Shown piece by piece: positions 46,636 to 55,348 of a stretch of DNA of 59,973 nt. Source of the stretch: Hormoscilla sp. SP12CHS1 (GTDB lineage Bacteria; Cyanobacteriota; Cyanobacteriia; Cyanobacteriales; Desertifilaceae); assembly GCA_014324065.1 (NCBI GenBank), contig JACOMV010000017.1:1-59973 (forward strand), written 5' to 3'. Under the pieces are notes generated by a model. It was not told where the DNA came from, ran no database searches, and saw only the letters and a program-made list of their open reading frames with translations. Made by a program: the position numbers and the translations under genes. The first letter of the stretch is position 1. Each line of letters begins with the position of its first letter.

Positions 46636-47574
46636 CTAATTTTCGGACAGAATTTTATCGATCTCGTCGGGAGGTACTCCCATTTTTAGTAAACGTTGGG
46701 CTAACTTTTCGGCCCGTTGGCGTTCGGTTTCGGCCCGTTGGCGTTCTGCTTCGGTTTGTTGGCGTTCGGTTTCGACCTCTTGTTCTAATGTTTCGGTCCG
46801 TTGGCGTTCTGCTTCGACCTCTTGTTCTAAGGTTTCAGCCCGTTGGCGTTCTGCTTCGACCTCTTGTTCTAAGGAAACATTCCGTTGTTCCAAGGTTTCG
46901 ATTTTGGCTTGTTCTGCTTTAACCAATTCGTCCACTGACGGCGGATCGAGTAATTCTTTTACCGATAAAGTGAACTCCTCAAACTGACTGGAAATAATTG
47001 ATGTCTCTTCAGGAAAATCTACAAAACTATATCCTTCTTTATTGTGAGAATTTGCAAACACGCGCACTCGTTTCTTTTTCGGATCTACTATCCAGTATTC
47101 GGCAATTTCCGCCAGTTCGTATTCCCTGCGTTTAATCTCATAATCATTTTGGCGATTGCTGCTGACAATCTCTATTACCAGCATGAACTTTCGATCGAAA
47201 TCTAACACGCCAGCACCAGGGCGATGACGGACTTCATTCCAAACAGCTTGGCTATAGACTACCACATCGGGAATTCTCGATGTATTTTCTTCCGTGCGGA
47301 CACCGGTTGCTAAACCCTCCACGGCTAAATCCAATTTTTTGGCGGCAAAATAACGCTGGAACTTGTGAACCAGAAACCTGTAAATATTGGTATGATTGTG
47401 GGTCGTTGCTCCCATGGGTATCAATTTCCCTCTGACTAATTCATAGAGAACACCAGGTTCTCCTTCATAGGAGAGATATTCTTGGAAGGTGAACAGATGT
47501 TCTCCGATGCGATGTTCAATTTCAGGAGGTTCCTTGATGGCCACCTCCGTTCCTGGGACGACAGCTTGAGTCAT
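46636..47574 (-). CDS. Uma2-family (DUF820) nuclease with a C-terminal heptad-repeat coiled coil (intact copy c)
   Basis: YELVRGKLIPM...IPDVVVY...LVIEIVS...EYWIVDP motifs, then ERQRAET-type 21-bp repeats and LLKMGVPPDEIDKI. Confidence 0.8.
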   Translation of the reverse strand: MTQAVVPGTEVAIKEPPEIEHRIGEHLFTFQEYLSYEGEPGVLYELVRGKLIPMGATTHNHTNIYRFLVHKFQRYFAAKKLDLAVEGLATGVRTEENTSRIPDVVVYSQAVWNEVRHRPGAGVLDFDRKFMLVIEIVSSNRQNDYEIKRREYELAEIAEYWIVDPKKKRVRVFANSHNKEGYSFVDFPEETSIISSQFEEFTLSVKELLDPPSVDELVKAEQAKIETLEQRNVSLEQEVEAERQRAETLEQEVEAERQRTETLEQEVETERQQTEAERQRAETERQRAEKLAQRLLKMGVPPDEIDKILSEN

Positions 47575-47635
47575 AATAGACCTCCCTTGCGATTTGCGAT
47601 CGCGTTATGCAACTATTATAGCACGGGTTCAGCCC

Positions 47636-47818
47636 GGGCTCTGCCTCAGAATATACGTTCCTTGCCAGAGTCAGGGAACGAGTTCTGGCGTGAGTCAACG
47701 ATCGCTCTTATACTATCCCTCGTTGCTAGTTTCTAGCTAGCAACGTTTCCAAGAGGCTCTGCGAATGTACGTTCCCTGACTCTGGCAGGGAACGAGTTCT
47801 GGTGTGAGTCAACGATCC
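47636..47818. repeat. Two family-D units flanking a GTTGCTAG/CTAGCAAC hairpin
   Basis: GGCTCTGC...ACGTTCC.TG.C...G.CAGGGAACGAGTTCTGGyGTGAGTCAACGATC at 47636-47706 and 47754-47818. Confidence 0.75.
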
Positions 47819-48213
47819 CATAGCCTGGGAAACAATACTGGTAAAATTGTTTTTATTGTACCACAGATGACAGCGATCGGGTTGACGAGGCTATCGCCCT
47901 ATGTTGCTGGCTCTACTGGCATCGGTTAATGGGGCGATCGCCAATGTTATGTAATCGCGAATGTTATGTAATCGCCAAAATAATGTAGGGGCACAGCGCC
48001 AGCGTATCAACAGATTATCGGTTCATTCGATCGATATAATATCGCCGTGCCCCGGCCTGTGCGGTAAAATGCGATCGCCAATGTACTGTGTGCCCCGGTA
48101 AAATGCGATCGCCAAAGTTCTGGTGGGGCACACGGCAATAGAGATTTTTGGGTTTATATTGTTGTGTTAAGCTGTCGCGCATTTAAATTGCATAGGTCGA
48201 TTTTCTGAAAGCC

Positions 48214-48384
48214 TTGCCCTCAACCTCATCGTCGAGGTTTTAAACCCCAAAATTCATGTCCAAAACCTCATCATCTAGGTTTTAAACCCCAAGATTTATG
48301 TTTAAAACCTCAATAACTATATTTTTAACATAAAAATACATGTTATTAACATCTATATCGATGCTTTTTGCATGAAAATACATG
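48214..48384 (+). repeat. 42-bp periodic array of start-codon-containing units ending in the real start of ORF 48382
   Basis: TTG/ATG at 48214, 48256, 48298, 48340 and 48382. The first three units read (L/M)xxTS... and stop after 9-11 codons. Confidence 0.8.
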
Positions 48385-48843
48385 TCGCAAACCTCTCTGC
48401 TCTCCCCTCGCAATCACATATTGGCCGCTCCCGTCGGGAAGCACCCGCTTACCACAGACTCTCAGAGTCTTGAGAGTTTTCCTCCTCAACAGGTTGCACC
48501 GGTTGAGGATTGCCCTCCTGAACTGGAAGTAGATTTATCCACTCTTCCACGTTCCCATAGAGTTCGCGATTCTCATCTAGAAAACATCAGCAACAAGAAC
48601 CTCAAGCACATCAGTAAGCATTTACCAGAATTTCAGCAATATGATACCAACCTCACCCTGGATGATATAGTTAAACTAGGTCAAGAAATTGCGAAACGCC
48701 CGGAAAACTTCATGGGGACTCCAGGCGATAGACAAATTTTCGAGCAGGATGTCATGTTAGGAGAACAGACGATCCGAGTCCGGGTTGTTCTTAATGCTAT
48801 AGGAAGCATTCGTTCCGTACATATTAGGAAAGAGTCAGAATGA
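48382..48843 (+). CDS. Hypothetical protein, possible toxin-like C-terminal domain
   Basis: 153 aa with a low-complexity N-terminal third. C-terminal LKHISKHLPEF...IRVRVVLNAIGSIRSVHIRK. Overlaps the next ORF by ATGA. Confidence 0.5.
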   Translation: MSQTSLLSPRNHILAAPVGKHPLTTDSQSLESFPPQQVAPVEDCPPELEVDLSTLPRSHRVRDSHLENISNKNLKHISKHLPEFQQYDTNLTLDDIVKLGQEIAKRPENFMGTPGDRQIFEQDVMLGEQTIRVRVVLNAIGSIRSVHIRKESE

Positions 48844-49298
48844 TCGACATTAAATGGACATTAGATGAAGAAGAAGGAATAGATCCCATAGATCCATTGG
48901 GCGACATTACCCTCACTGATGGTCGGACAAGTTTAAGCGTAGAATCGACTTATTTAGATTCCTGGTTTTCGGCATTGATTACAGGAATAAAAGCAGTCAA
49001 ATCGGGCCACAGGGCCACAGTTGAAGTTGCTGAAGAACCCGATATACTTATCTTTGAACCGTGGGAGTCAGGGATGCTCCTATCCTATCAAAACAGTGCT
49101 TTGCGGGTCAAGCAAATTGAGGAATTTCTGGAAATATTCAGACATGCAGCTCATCAGTTTCTCAGTCAAGTAGATAACCAGACAGGATGCGATCGCAATC
49201 CTTTGCTCAATTTAATTCGCGATTTCTTAGAAGCAGAGAAAATCCCCGCAGTAAGCGCTTTAGCGCTTACTACAAACAAAAGCATTTGCGTGAGATAA
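48840..49298 (+). CDS. Hypothetical acidic protein, possible immunity or antitoxin partner
   Basis: 152 aa, translationally coupled to 48382-48843. The last ~16 codons are encoded by a family-B hairpin repeat (49248-49273). Confidence 0.45.
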   Translation: MIDIKWTLDEEEGIDPIDPLGDITLTDGRTSLSVESTYLDSWFSALITGIKAVKSGHRATVEVAEEPDILIFEPWESGMLLSYQNSALRVKQIEEFLEIFRHAAHQFLSQVDNQTGCDRNPLLNLIRDFLEAEKIPAVSALALTTNKSICVR

Positions 49299-49320
49299 AA
49301 TCTTATCTCCCTTTTTACCC

Positions 49321-49758
49321 TCATCCTGCGGGCGAGAAATCAGTAATCTGTTTGAGGGTAACACCGTTTTGGGCCGCCGCATCTGCTTGGAGATAGTCCA
49401 CTGTAATTAAGGGACAATCCAGATTCAAGGCCAAAGCAATATAAAGGGAATCGTACACTGCCAATTGACGATTCAAACCAATTTGCAAAGCCTGCAACAG
49501 GAGATCCTTGACTAATACAATCTGGAAAGGTAAAGCCAACAGTTCATCTATAAATCGCTCTGCCTCTGTCTGTGGCATTCCTTGAAAGCGAACATTTTTC
49601 CACAAAATATTGACGCACTCTATCAGACAAAATTCAGGAATATATAACTGCTCGCCTTGGGACATTTTCGATACCAAAATTTTCGCCTCTTGAGTGTATG
49701 TATCCGTGCCAAAATAGTGACCCAATACACTTGCATCCACTACATAGGTTGTCGCCAT
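49321..49758 (-). CDS. vapC: PIN-domain toxin VapC (intact)
   Basis: MATTYVVDASVL..., LIECVN, and AVYDSLYIALA...PLITVD acidic residues. Confidence 0.8.
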   Translation of the reverse strand: MATTYVVDASVLGHYFGTDTYTQEAKILVSKMSQGEQLYIPEFCLIECVNILWKNVRFQGMPQTEAERFIDELLALPFQIVLVKDLLLQALQIGLNRQLAVYDSLYIALALNLDCPLITVDYLQADAAAQNGVTLKQITDFSPAG

Positions 49759-49982
49759 TGCGCTCTCTCCTCAATAATCATTTGGCTCAAAGTTGGCGAC
49801 CCTGGTGGCGGAGTCCACCTGTGGCTATCAATCGAGTCCATCAGCTTCTTCAAAGCAACTTTGTCTATTACTGGTTCGGGTTGTCGCCAGTACCGCATCA
49901 TCCGATCGTCCACCACCTCTGCAATCAAAGCTTTGAGTTCCTCTACTGTCAAGTCAGCTATTACTCGCTCTCCCATTTTCAC
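49740..49982 (-). CDS. VapB-like antitoxin (paralog 3), overlaps the vapC start
   Basis: MKMGERVIADLTVEELKALIAEVVDD... The leader at 49983-50035 is homologous to the leaders at 21577 and 21874. Confidence 0.65.
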   Translation of the reverse strand: MKMGERVIADLTVEELKALIAEVVDDRMMRYWRQPEPVIDKVALKKLMDSIDSHRWTPPPGSPTLSQMIIEERAQWRQPM

Positions 49983-50104
49983 TAACTCCTTCTCTTAATT
50001 CCTTCTCTTACATAAAATCATGGTAACACAATTTTTGGCATTTTCACCAAATTGGCATCAACTTTATTCCTTGCTATTATCTATCTAACAGCAGCATCGC
50101 GACC

Positions 50105-50320
50105 TCATCCCCCACCGACAATAGTGACAATTTCCAGGCGATCTCCCTCTTGGACTAGGGTCTGGGACCAGAATTGGCGATGCAGAATTTCTCCATTATA
50201 CTCAACAGCCACCATGCGAAGATTTAACCCCAATTGCTCTAACAAAGTAGGCAAGAGGGTATGAGGTGGGCAAGTACAAGATTCACCATTTACTTGCAGC
50301 GTAATTTGACTAGACATCAT
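50105..50320 (-). CDS. thiS: Sulfur carrier protein ThiS
   Basis: About 70 aa ending in VGGG, with a LQVNGE start. Overlaps the thiE stop. Confidence 0.85.
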   Translation of the reverse strand: MMSSQITLQVNGESCTCPPHTLLPTLLEQLGLNLRMVAVEYNGEILHRQFWSQTLVQEGDRLEIVTIVGGG

Positions 50321-51396
50321 TGAGAATCAGTCTTGTTGACATATTTAAGAGTTTCAATACTCCTCAGTTGAGAGAGGAAATACTGAGTGGCCAAAGTTGG
50401 CTCCTCCGCCTGCACGATCGCTCGGACAACAGCGATGCGCTGGGCACCAGCGGACAGCACCTCATTGCAGTTATTCACATCAATGCCCCCGATCGCGAAC
50501 CAGGGAATCTTAGCATGTTGGGCCGCATGGCGGACATAATCCAAACCAGCAGCAGGTTTATCCGGTTTAGTAGGAGTTTCATAAACTGGTCCTACCCCAA
50601 TGTAATCAGCCCCTTCCGCGATCGCCCGTTTCATTTCCTCTGGGTTAGTAGTCGATCGACCGATCAATCGTTGGGGACCGAGCAACTGGCGGGCCAAAGC
50701 AATAGAAATATCCTGCTGTCCCAGGTGAACGCCATCAGCATCAACAGCCACAGCCAGGTCTACCCGGTCATTCATAATAAATAAAGCCCCATAGCGTCCA
50801 CAGAGTGCCCGCAGTTTCCCTGCCCGATCGAGGCGAACAATATCTTCTTCAGATTTATCCCGGTACTGTACCAGAGTTAACCCCCCTTGCAGAGCAGCTT
50901 CTACAATAGTCAACAGGTTTTCGGAAGCAGATGTCACCAGATAAAGCTGGGAGGCCCACAACTGCTGACGACGCCGATAAGCCAACAAATTACTTTCCAG
51001 ACTGTAGACTCGATAGCGCATCTGCTTACAGGCCGCTGCCATATCGGGATTATCCAGCTTGCCATACTCTTCCAAAACCCGCAGCGCTTCTTCCACGCGA
51101 CAAAAGTTTGCCTGCAATAGCTGTCCAATATCAGAACGCCGTTCTTCTCGGGCATGGGTCAAATCAGTACCCGGGTCAGAGGGAGTATCTCGGGCTGAGC
51201 GAATTTCCTGGCTATGCCACCTAGCAAGAGAGTGCCGCAGTTGCTTACATTCATCAGTCAGCTGCTCGCTATTGAGACCAAAGCGACACCATTCTTCCAG
51301 AATGCGCAAACCTTCGCGGGCGCGGTCTAAGTTAGCATCCAAAATCCGGTAAATAGCCGACTGGGCGAATCTATTTCCCTCATGTCTATCCCCCAT
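50317..51396 (-). CDS. thiE: Thiamine-phosphate synthase ThiE (with the cyanobacterial N-terminal extension)
   Basis: LYLVTS..., LVQYRDK, DGVHLGQ.D, GRSTTN, ADYIGVGPVYETPTK and WFAIGGI. Confidence 0.88.
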   Translation of the reverse strand: MGDRHEGNRFAQSAIYRILDANLDRAREGLRILEEWCRFGLNSEQLTDECKQLRHSLARWHSQEIRSARDTPSDPGTDLTHAREERRSDIGQLLQANFCRVEEALRVLEEYGKLDNPDMAAACKQMRYRVYSLESNLLAYRRRQQLWASQLYLVTSASENLLTIVEAALQGGLTLVQYRDKSEEDIVRLDRAGKLRALCGRYGALFIMNDRVDLAVAVDADGVHLGQQDISIALARQLLGPQRLIGRSTTNPEEMKRAIAEGADYIGVGPVYETPTKPDKPAAGLDYVRHAAQHAKIPWFAIGGIDVNNCNEVLSAGAQRIAVVRAIVQAEEPTLATQYFLSQLRSIETLKYVNKTDSQ

Positions 51397-51508
51397 CGGA
51401 ACATCCTCACTTATTTGCTCGTTATAATAGTCAACTTTTCCCTAACTTGGGAATTGATTTTATGTTTTAGCCTGCCCGAAATCAAGGGTTAGAAGGAAAC
51501 CGGGAAGT

Positions 51509-52939
51509 ATGAGTAAAAAATCAACAACTCCGTCAGTCAGGAGGATCCGCGTGAATCACAGACACCAACAAAATCACAATCTGAGTATCATGCGCAGTTG
51601 TGCTTGGGCCTCGCTGCTGGCCTTATGGCTGTTACCAGTTGCCCAAGCCCAAAAGACCCCGATCGTACCGTTCCGGAAAAATCAGAATACCGGTATAGAA
51701 ACTAAATCAGAGAGAAATCAGTTATTTGTCAATCCAGCGACTGGAAATGACAGCACTGGCGATGGCAGCTCAACGGCTCCATTGAAAACCATTACTCAAG
51801 CATTGAGGGTCGCCCAGCCCGACACCGTCATCCAATTGGCCCCAGGCACCTATAGCACTGAGACTGGTGAATTTTTTCCCTTACACCTCAAACCCGGAGT
51901 GATGATTTTGGGCGATCGGCCCACCAAAGGCAAGGATATCATTATCCGGGGAGGCGGATATTACCTGAGTCCCACCTTTGCCCGTCAAAACATTACGATT
52001 CTGGGAGCCAACCAAGCCGCGATCGCTGGTGTGACGCTCACCAATCCCCACCCAAGGGGATATGGTCTCTGGATTGAATCAAGCTCAGTTATGGTAACTG
52101 ACAATACCTTGACTGGCAGTACCCATGATGGCATTTCCGTGACAGGCAACAGTGGAGGCGCGATCGCAGGCAACTACTTTGTCCAAAATGGAGCCAATGG
52201 GATAACAATCTACGGCATTTCGGGACCAGAGGTGCGGGATAACCACTTTGAAAATACCGGGTTTGGCATCAACATTGCTGAGTCCGCTGCGCCAGTGCTG
52301 ATTGGCAACCGCATCACTGGCAATAAAGACGGCATTCTCGTTCAAGCTCATGCTTTACCCGTCTTGCGGAACAATACCATCGTAGGGAATAGCCGATATG
52401 GGTTAGTGGCGATCGGCCAATCCCAACCCAACTTAGGAACTGCGAATGAGGCGGGAGGCAATATTTTTCAGAACAATGGCGAACTTGACATTAGCGCCAA
52501 TTCCAGCAACAATATCCCAGCTTTTGGCAATCAATTAAGCGCATCTCGTACCAGCGGAAAGATCGATTTTCAAGGAATCGCTCAACTAGTTTCCGCCGTG
52601 CCAACTCCTGCATCTTCCCAAGCTACAGCAACACCCTTACCAGGACCCGATTTTTCGGATCGTCCGCGGGCCGATCGCCAAGCAGTCCTGCCGCCGCCCA
52701 CAGTTCCTGCACCACCACCGCCAGTCACTCCTCAAAGTTTGCGCTATCGAGTCGTAGTCGAGGCCGCCACTCCCTGGGAACAGAGTCGGGTGCGCGATCG
52801 CGTTCCCGATGCCTTCCGGAGTTTTTCCAGAGGTCACCGAGTGATGCAAGTTGGAGCCTTCATCAATCTGTCGAAAGCGGAGCAACTCGTGCAACAGCTC
52901 AAAAGTTACAGTATTGTGGCCCGCATCGAACCCTATTAA
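51509..52939 (+). CDS. Secreted right-handed beta-helix (DUF1565/NosD-like) protein with a C-terminal SPOR-like domain
   Basis: Signal peptide (start may be 51590). FVNPATGNDSTGDGSSTAPLKTITQAL, beta-helix repeats, a Pro-rich linker, and YRVVVEA...VMQVGAF...A..LV..L. Confidence 0.6.
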   Translation: MSKKSTTPSVRRIRVNHRHQQNHNLSIMRSCAWASLLALWLLPVAQAQKTPIVPFRKNQNTGIETKSERNQLFVNPATGNDSTGDGSSTAPLKTITQALRVAQPDTVIQLAPGTYSTETGEFFPLHLKPGVMILGDRPTKGKDIIIRGGGYYLSPTFARQNITILGANQAAIAGVTLTNPHPRGYGLWIESSSVMVTDNTLTGSTHDGISVTGNSGGAIAGNYFVQNGANGITIYGISGPEVRDNHFENTGFGINIAESAAPVLIGNRITGNKDGILVQAHALPVLRNNTIVGNSRYGLVAIGQSQPNLGTANEAGGNIFQNNGELDISANSSNNIPAFGNQLSASRTSGKIDFQGIAQLVSAVPTPASSQATATPLPGPDFSDRPRADRQAVLPPPTVPAPPPPVTPQSLRYRVVVEAATPWEQSRVRDRVPDAFRSFSRGHRVMQVGAFINLSKAEQLVQQLKSYSIVARIEPY

Positions 52940-52948
52940 TCCATCCCG

Positions 52949-53025
52949 TTCGTAGTAAGCACTTTAGTGCTTCTGGGGTTCGTAGTAAGCACTTTAGTGC
53001 TTCTGGGGCGCGAAAGCGCCTAGTA
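52949..53025 (+). repeat. Family-B 30-bp unit, two copies, plus a GCGCGAAAGCGC hairpin
   Basis: GTTCGTAGTAAGCACTTTAGTGCTTCTGGG at 52949-52978 and 52979-53008. Confidence 0.85.
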
Positions 53026-53101
53026 ATGAGTATCAGTTCCCAGTGGTCAGTTACCTCGGACAGGCGAAACTCGGGCGTCTCGGACAGGCGAGACGTCCGG
53101 A

Positions 53102-54259
53102 CTAAGCCTCTGATGAAGGTAAGATTTGCTCAACCACCCAATCAAAAGTTTGTATCACCCGCCCCAGGGCAAATTCATCCTGCAAACAACTAGACAACTG
53201 AAAATTCGTCAATCTTCTTTCAGTAGGAGATATCGGCAGGGACAGACCAATGACACTCAGTTTATTTCTCAGTTCCATCCATTTTTCATTACTATTAAAT
53301 TGTGGGAAGGCTGCATAGGTGCTAGAGGATATCTGTAGTCTGCCATTAATGCCCACCTGGAACAGCTCACAAGCCGATCGGGGTTCTGCCGACACCCAAA
53401 CAACAAACCCGCCATAGATATCTCCTGTACCCCATTGAACTTCCACTAACTCTTTTTTGCTCTGCGTCCATTCATATATCGTTCTAGCTATCTGAGCTTC
53501 ATCCGAGCCTTGTCTAGCTTTATATTCCTGAAAGAATGAGACTTCGTCCCAGCGTCTTCTCTCCAGAGTCGCACTAGATTTTTTCTGCTGCGCTTCTGTT
53601 GTCTTACCAATCACTCTGGGAACCAGATTTTTTAGACCCTCCGCACTCACGTATTGCTTAATCTCCACTCCCAATACTTCTACCGGGCCCATCTTTTCAT
53701 TCAGGAACTCCACCACACGCCGCAGTTCTGCCACTATCTCATCTGAAACAAATACTAGGATAATTTTTCCCGCTTGCAGATTTGTTTTAACTTTTTGCCA
53801 AAACTTCTTTTCGTCCGCATCAACCCCAATAAATTCCTCAAATACCTGTTCTGGATCTTTATCCATAGACTTACAATTTGCTTCAAACTGGCTAACTATT
53901 GTCTCAAATGGCCAGTAAACGAGCATATTTGCAGCATAGTCTATCATCTGACCAATCACTTCTCGCCGGATGCGCGTGTTGCTATTACCCTTGACTTCAA
54001 CCAGAGTTGGAATTGCATCCTGATCCACAAACAAATGATCCAGGGACCATTGTTCATTGCTATCCTCTTCCAGGGGCAATGTTACTTCTCGTGAGATTAA
54101 CAACCATCGTCTCGGCGTTGCTCTATCTATTTGGTCTCCTGCCAAGAGGTTAGGATATTTTTCCAGCAGTTCTTGCAGTCTTTCTTCCGATTCATAGGGT
54201 TGTTCTGTCATTTCAACTAGCTGGTCGTTATCCTGAATCAGATAAATTCCTCCACCCAT
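53102..54259 (-). CDS. Stand-alone PD-(D/E)xK nuclease-fold protein (NucS/DUF91-like core) with an unknown C-terminal domain
   Basis: LDHLFVDQDAIPTLVEVKGNSNTRIRREVIGQMIDYA fits the D...(E)VK...Q..Y pattern. Start set at MGGGIYLIQ to avoid overlap with dapF. Confidence 0.55.
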   Translation of the reverse strand: MGGGIYLIQDNDQLVEMTEQPYESEERLQELLEKYPNLLAGDQIDRATPRRWLLISREVTLPLEEDSNEQWSLDHLFVDQDAIPTLVEVKGNSNTRIRREVIGQMIDYAANMLVYWPFETIVSQFEANCKSMDKDPEQVFEEFIGVDADEKKFWQKVKTNLQAGKIILVFVSDEIVAELRRVVEFLNEKMGPVEVLGVEIKQYVSAEGLKNLVPRVIGKTTEAQQKKSSATLERRRWDEVSFFQEYKARQGSDEAQIARTIYEWTQSKKELVEVQWGTGDIYGGFVVWVSAEPRSACELFQVGINGRLQISSSTYAAFPQFNSNEKWMELRNKLSVIGLSLPISPTERRLTNFQLSSCLQDEFALGRVIQTFDWVVEQILPSSEA

Positions 54260-54294
54260 CACGCATCCCTCTTGTGTTTTGCCACCAACGGTCA

Positions 54295-55128
54295 TCAATC
54301 TATTCTGCCAGAGAACACTCGCTCAGCCGGGCCAGTCATGTAAACCCTGCCTGCCGTTGCCCATTCTATTTCCAGGCAACCGCCGGGCAGTTCAACTTGA
54401 GTGCGCCGATCGCACTTTCCGGTCAGCACCCCCGCTACCACTGCTGCACAAGCACCCGTTCCACAAGCCAGAGTAGCACCTGCTCCCCGTTCCCACACCC
54501 GCATTTTCACCGAGTTTGAATTGATTACTTGGATAAATTCCGTATTTACACGCTGGGGAAATGCAGTATGATGTTCAAACTGCCGACCAATGGTTTCCAG
54601 GTCGATCGCCGCTACATCCTCTACAAAGGTAACACAGTGAGGATTGCCCATGCTCACACAAGTGACGACCCAAGATTGCCCCCCTACTTCTATGGTCTTT
54701 TCGATCGCCTTTTGGTCAGCAGCAGCTAATGTAGTCGGAATTTCTCCCGCCAGCAGCTTAGGCATGCCCATATCAACAGTTACTTGACCGGATGCTGTCA
54801 GTTGAGGTATCATGACCCCAGCGGGAGTGTGAATCCGGTATTGACTGCGCCCGTCCGGCTCTAAATCAGCAATAAACCGGGCTAAACAGCGAATCCCATT
54901 GCCGCACATTTCTGGTTCCGAACCATCTGAGTTAAAAATCCGCATGCTATAGTCAGTGTCTGCAAGTCCGGGCAGGGCAAAGATCACCCCGTCTGCCCCA
55001 ATGCCAAAATGGCGATCGCACAATTTTACTGCTACCGACTGTGCGATCGAGGGTGATGACGAGGCCCGATTGTCAATCAGAATAAAGTCATTGCCCAGTC
55101 CGTGATACTTAGTAAACTCAATTGTCAT
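54295..55128 (-). CDS. dapF: Diaminopimelate epimerase DapF
   Basis: [15 protein letters not shown], both active-site Cys motifs ([16 protein letters not shown]), 277 aa. Confidence 0.93.
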   Translation of the reverse strand: MTIEFTKYHGLGNDFILIDNRASSSPSIAQSVAVKLCDRHFGIGADGVIFALPGLADTDYSMRIFNSDGSEPEMCGNGIRCLARFIADLEPDGRSQYRIHTPAGVMIPQLTASGQVTVDMGMPKLLAGEIPTTLAAADQKAIEKTIEVGGQSWVVTCVSMGNPHCVTFVEDVAAIDLETIGRQFEHHTAFPQRVNTEFIQVINSNSVKMRVWERGAGATLACGTGACAAVVAGVLTGKCDRRTQVELPGGCLEIEWATAGRVYMTGPAERVFSGRID

Positions 55129-55348
55129 TTAATGCCAATCCTCCTTATTCGGGGGTTATGATAAGCTGTAGTGCATTTAAATTGTATAGGCAGAGCCGCG
55201 CTCGCTCCTTGTTCTCAAAGGATTTCCCAATTTTGAATTTTGAATTCCTTAGTGGGGTGGGTGAGTGGGTGGGTACAATGCTTAATGATTAAATGGGTAA
55301 AGCTTTACAATTATAGCGGCACGTACCTACTACAATTATGTCTGAATT

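Noticed and set aside
51397-51508. TPP riboswitch upstream of thiE
   Set aside because: I could not find the conserved CUGAGA / ACCUGAUCUGGAUAAUGCCAGCG-type elements in the 112-nt leader.
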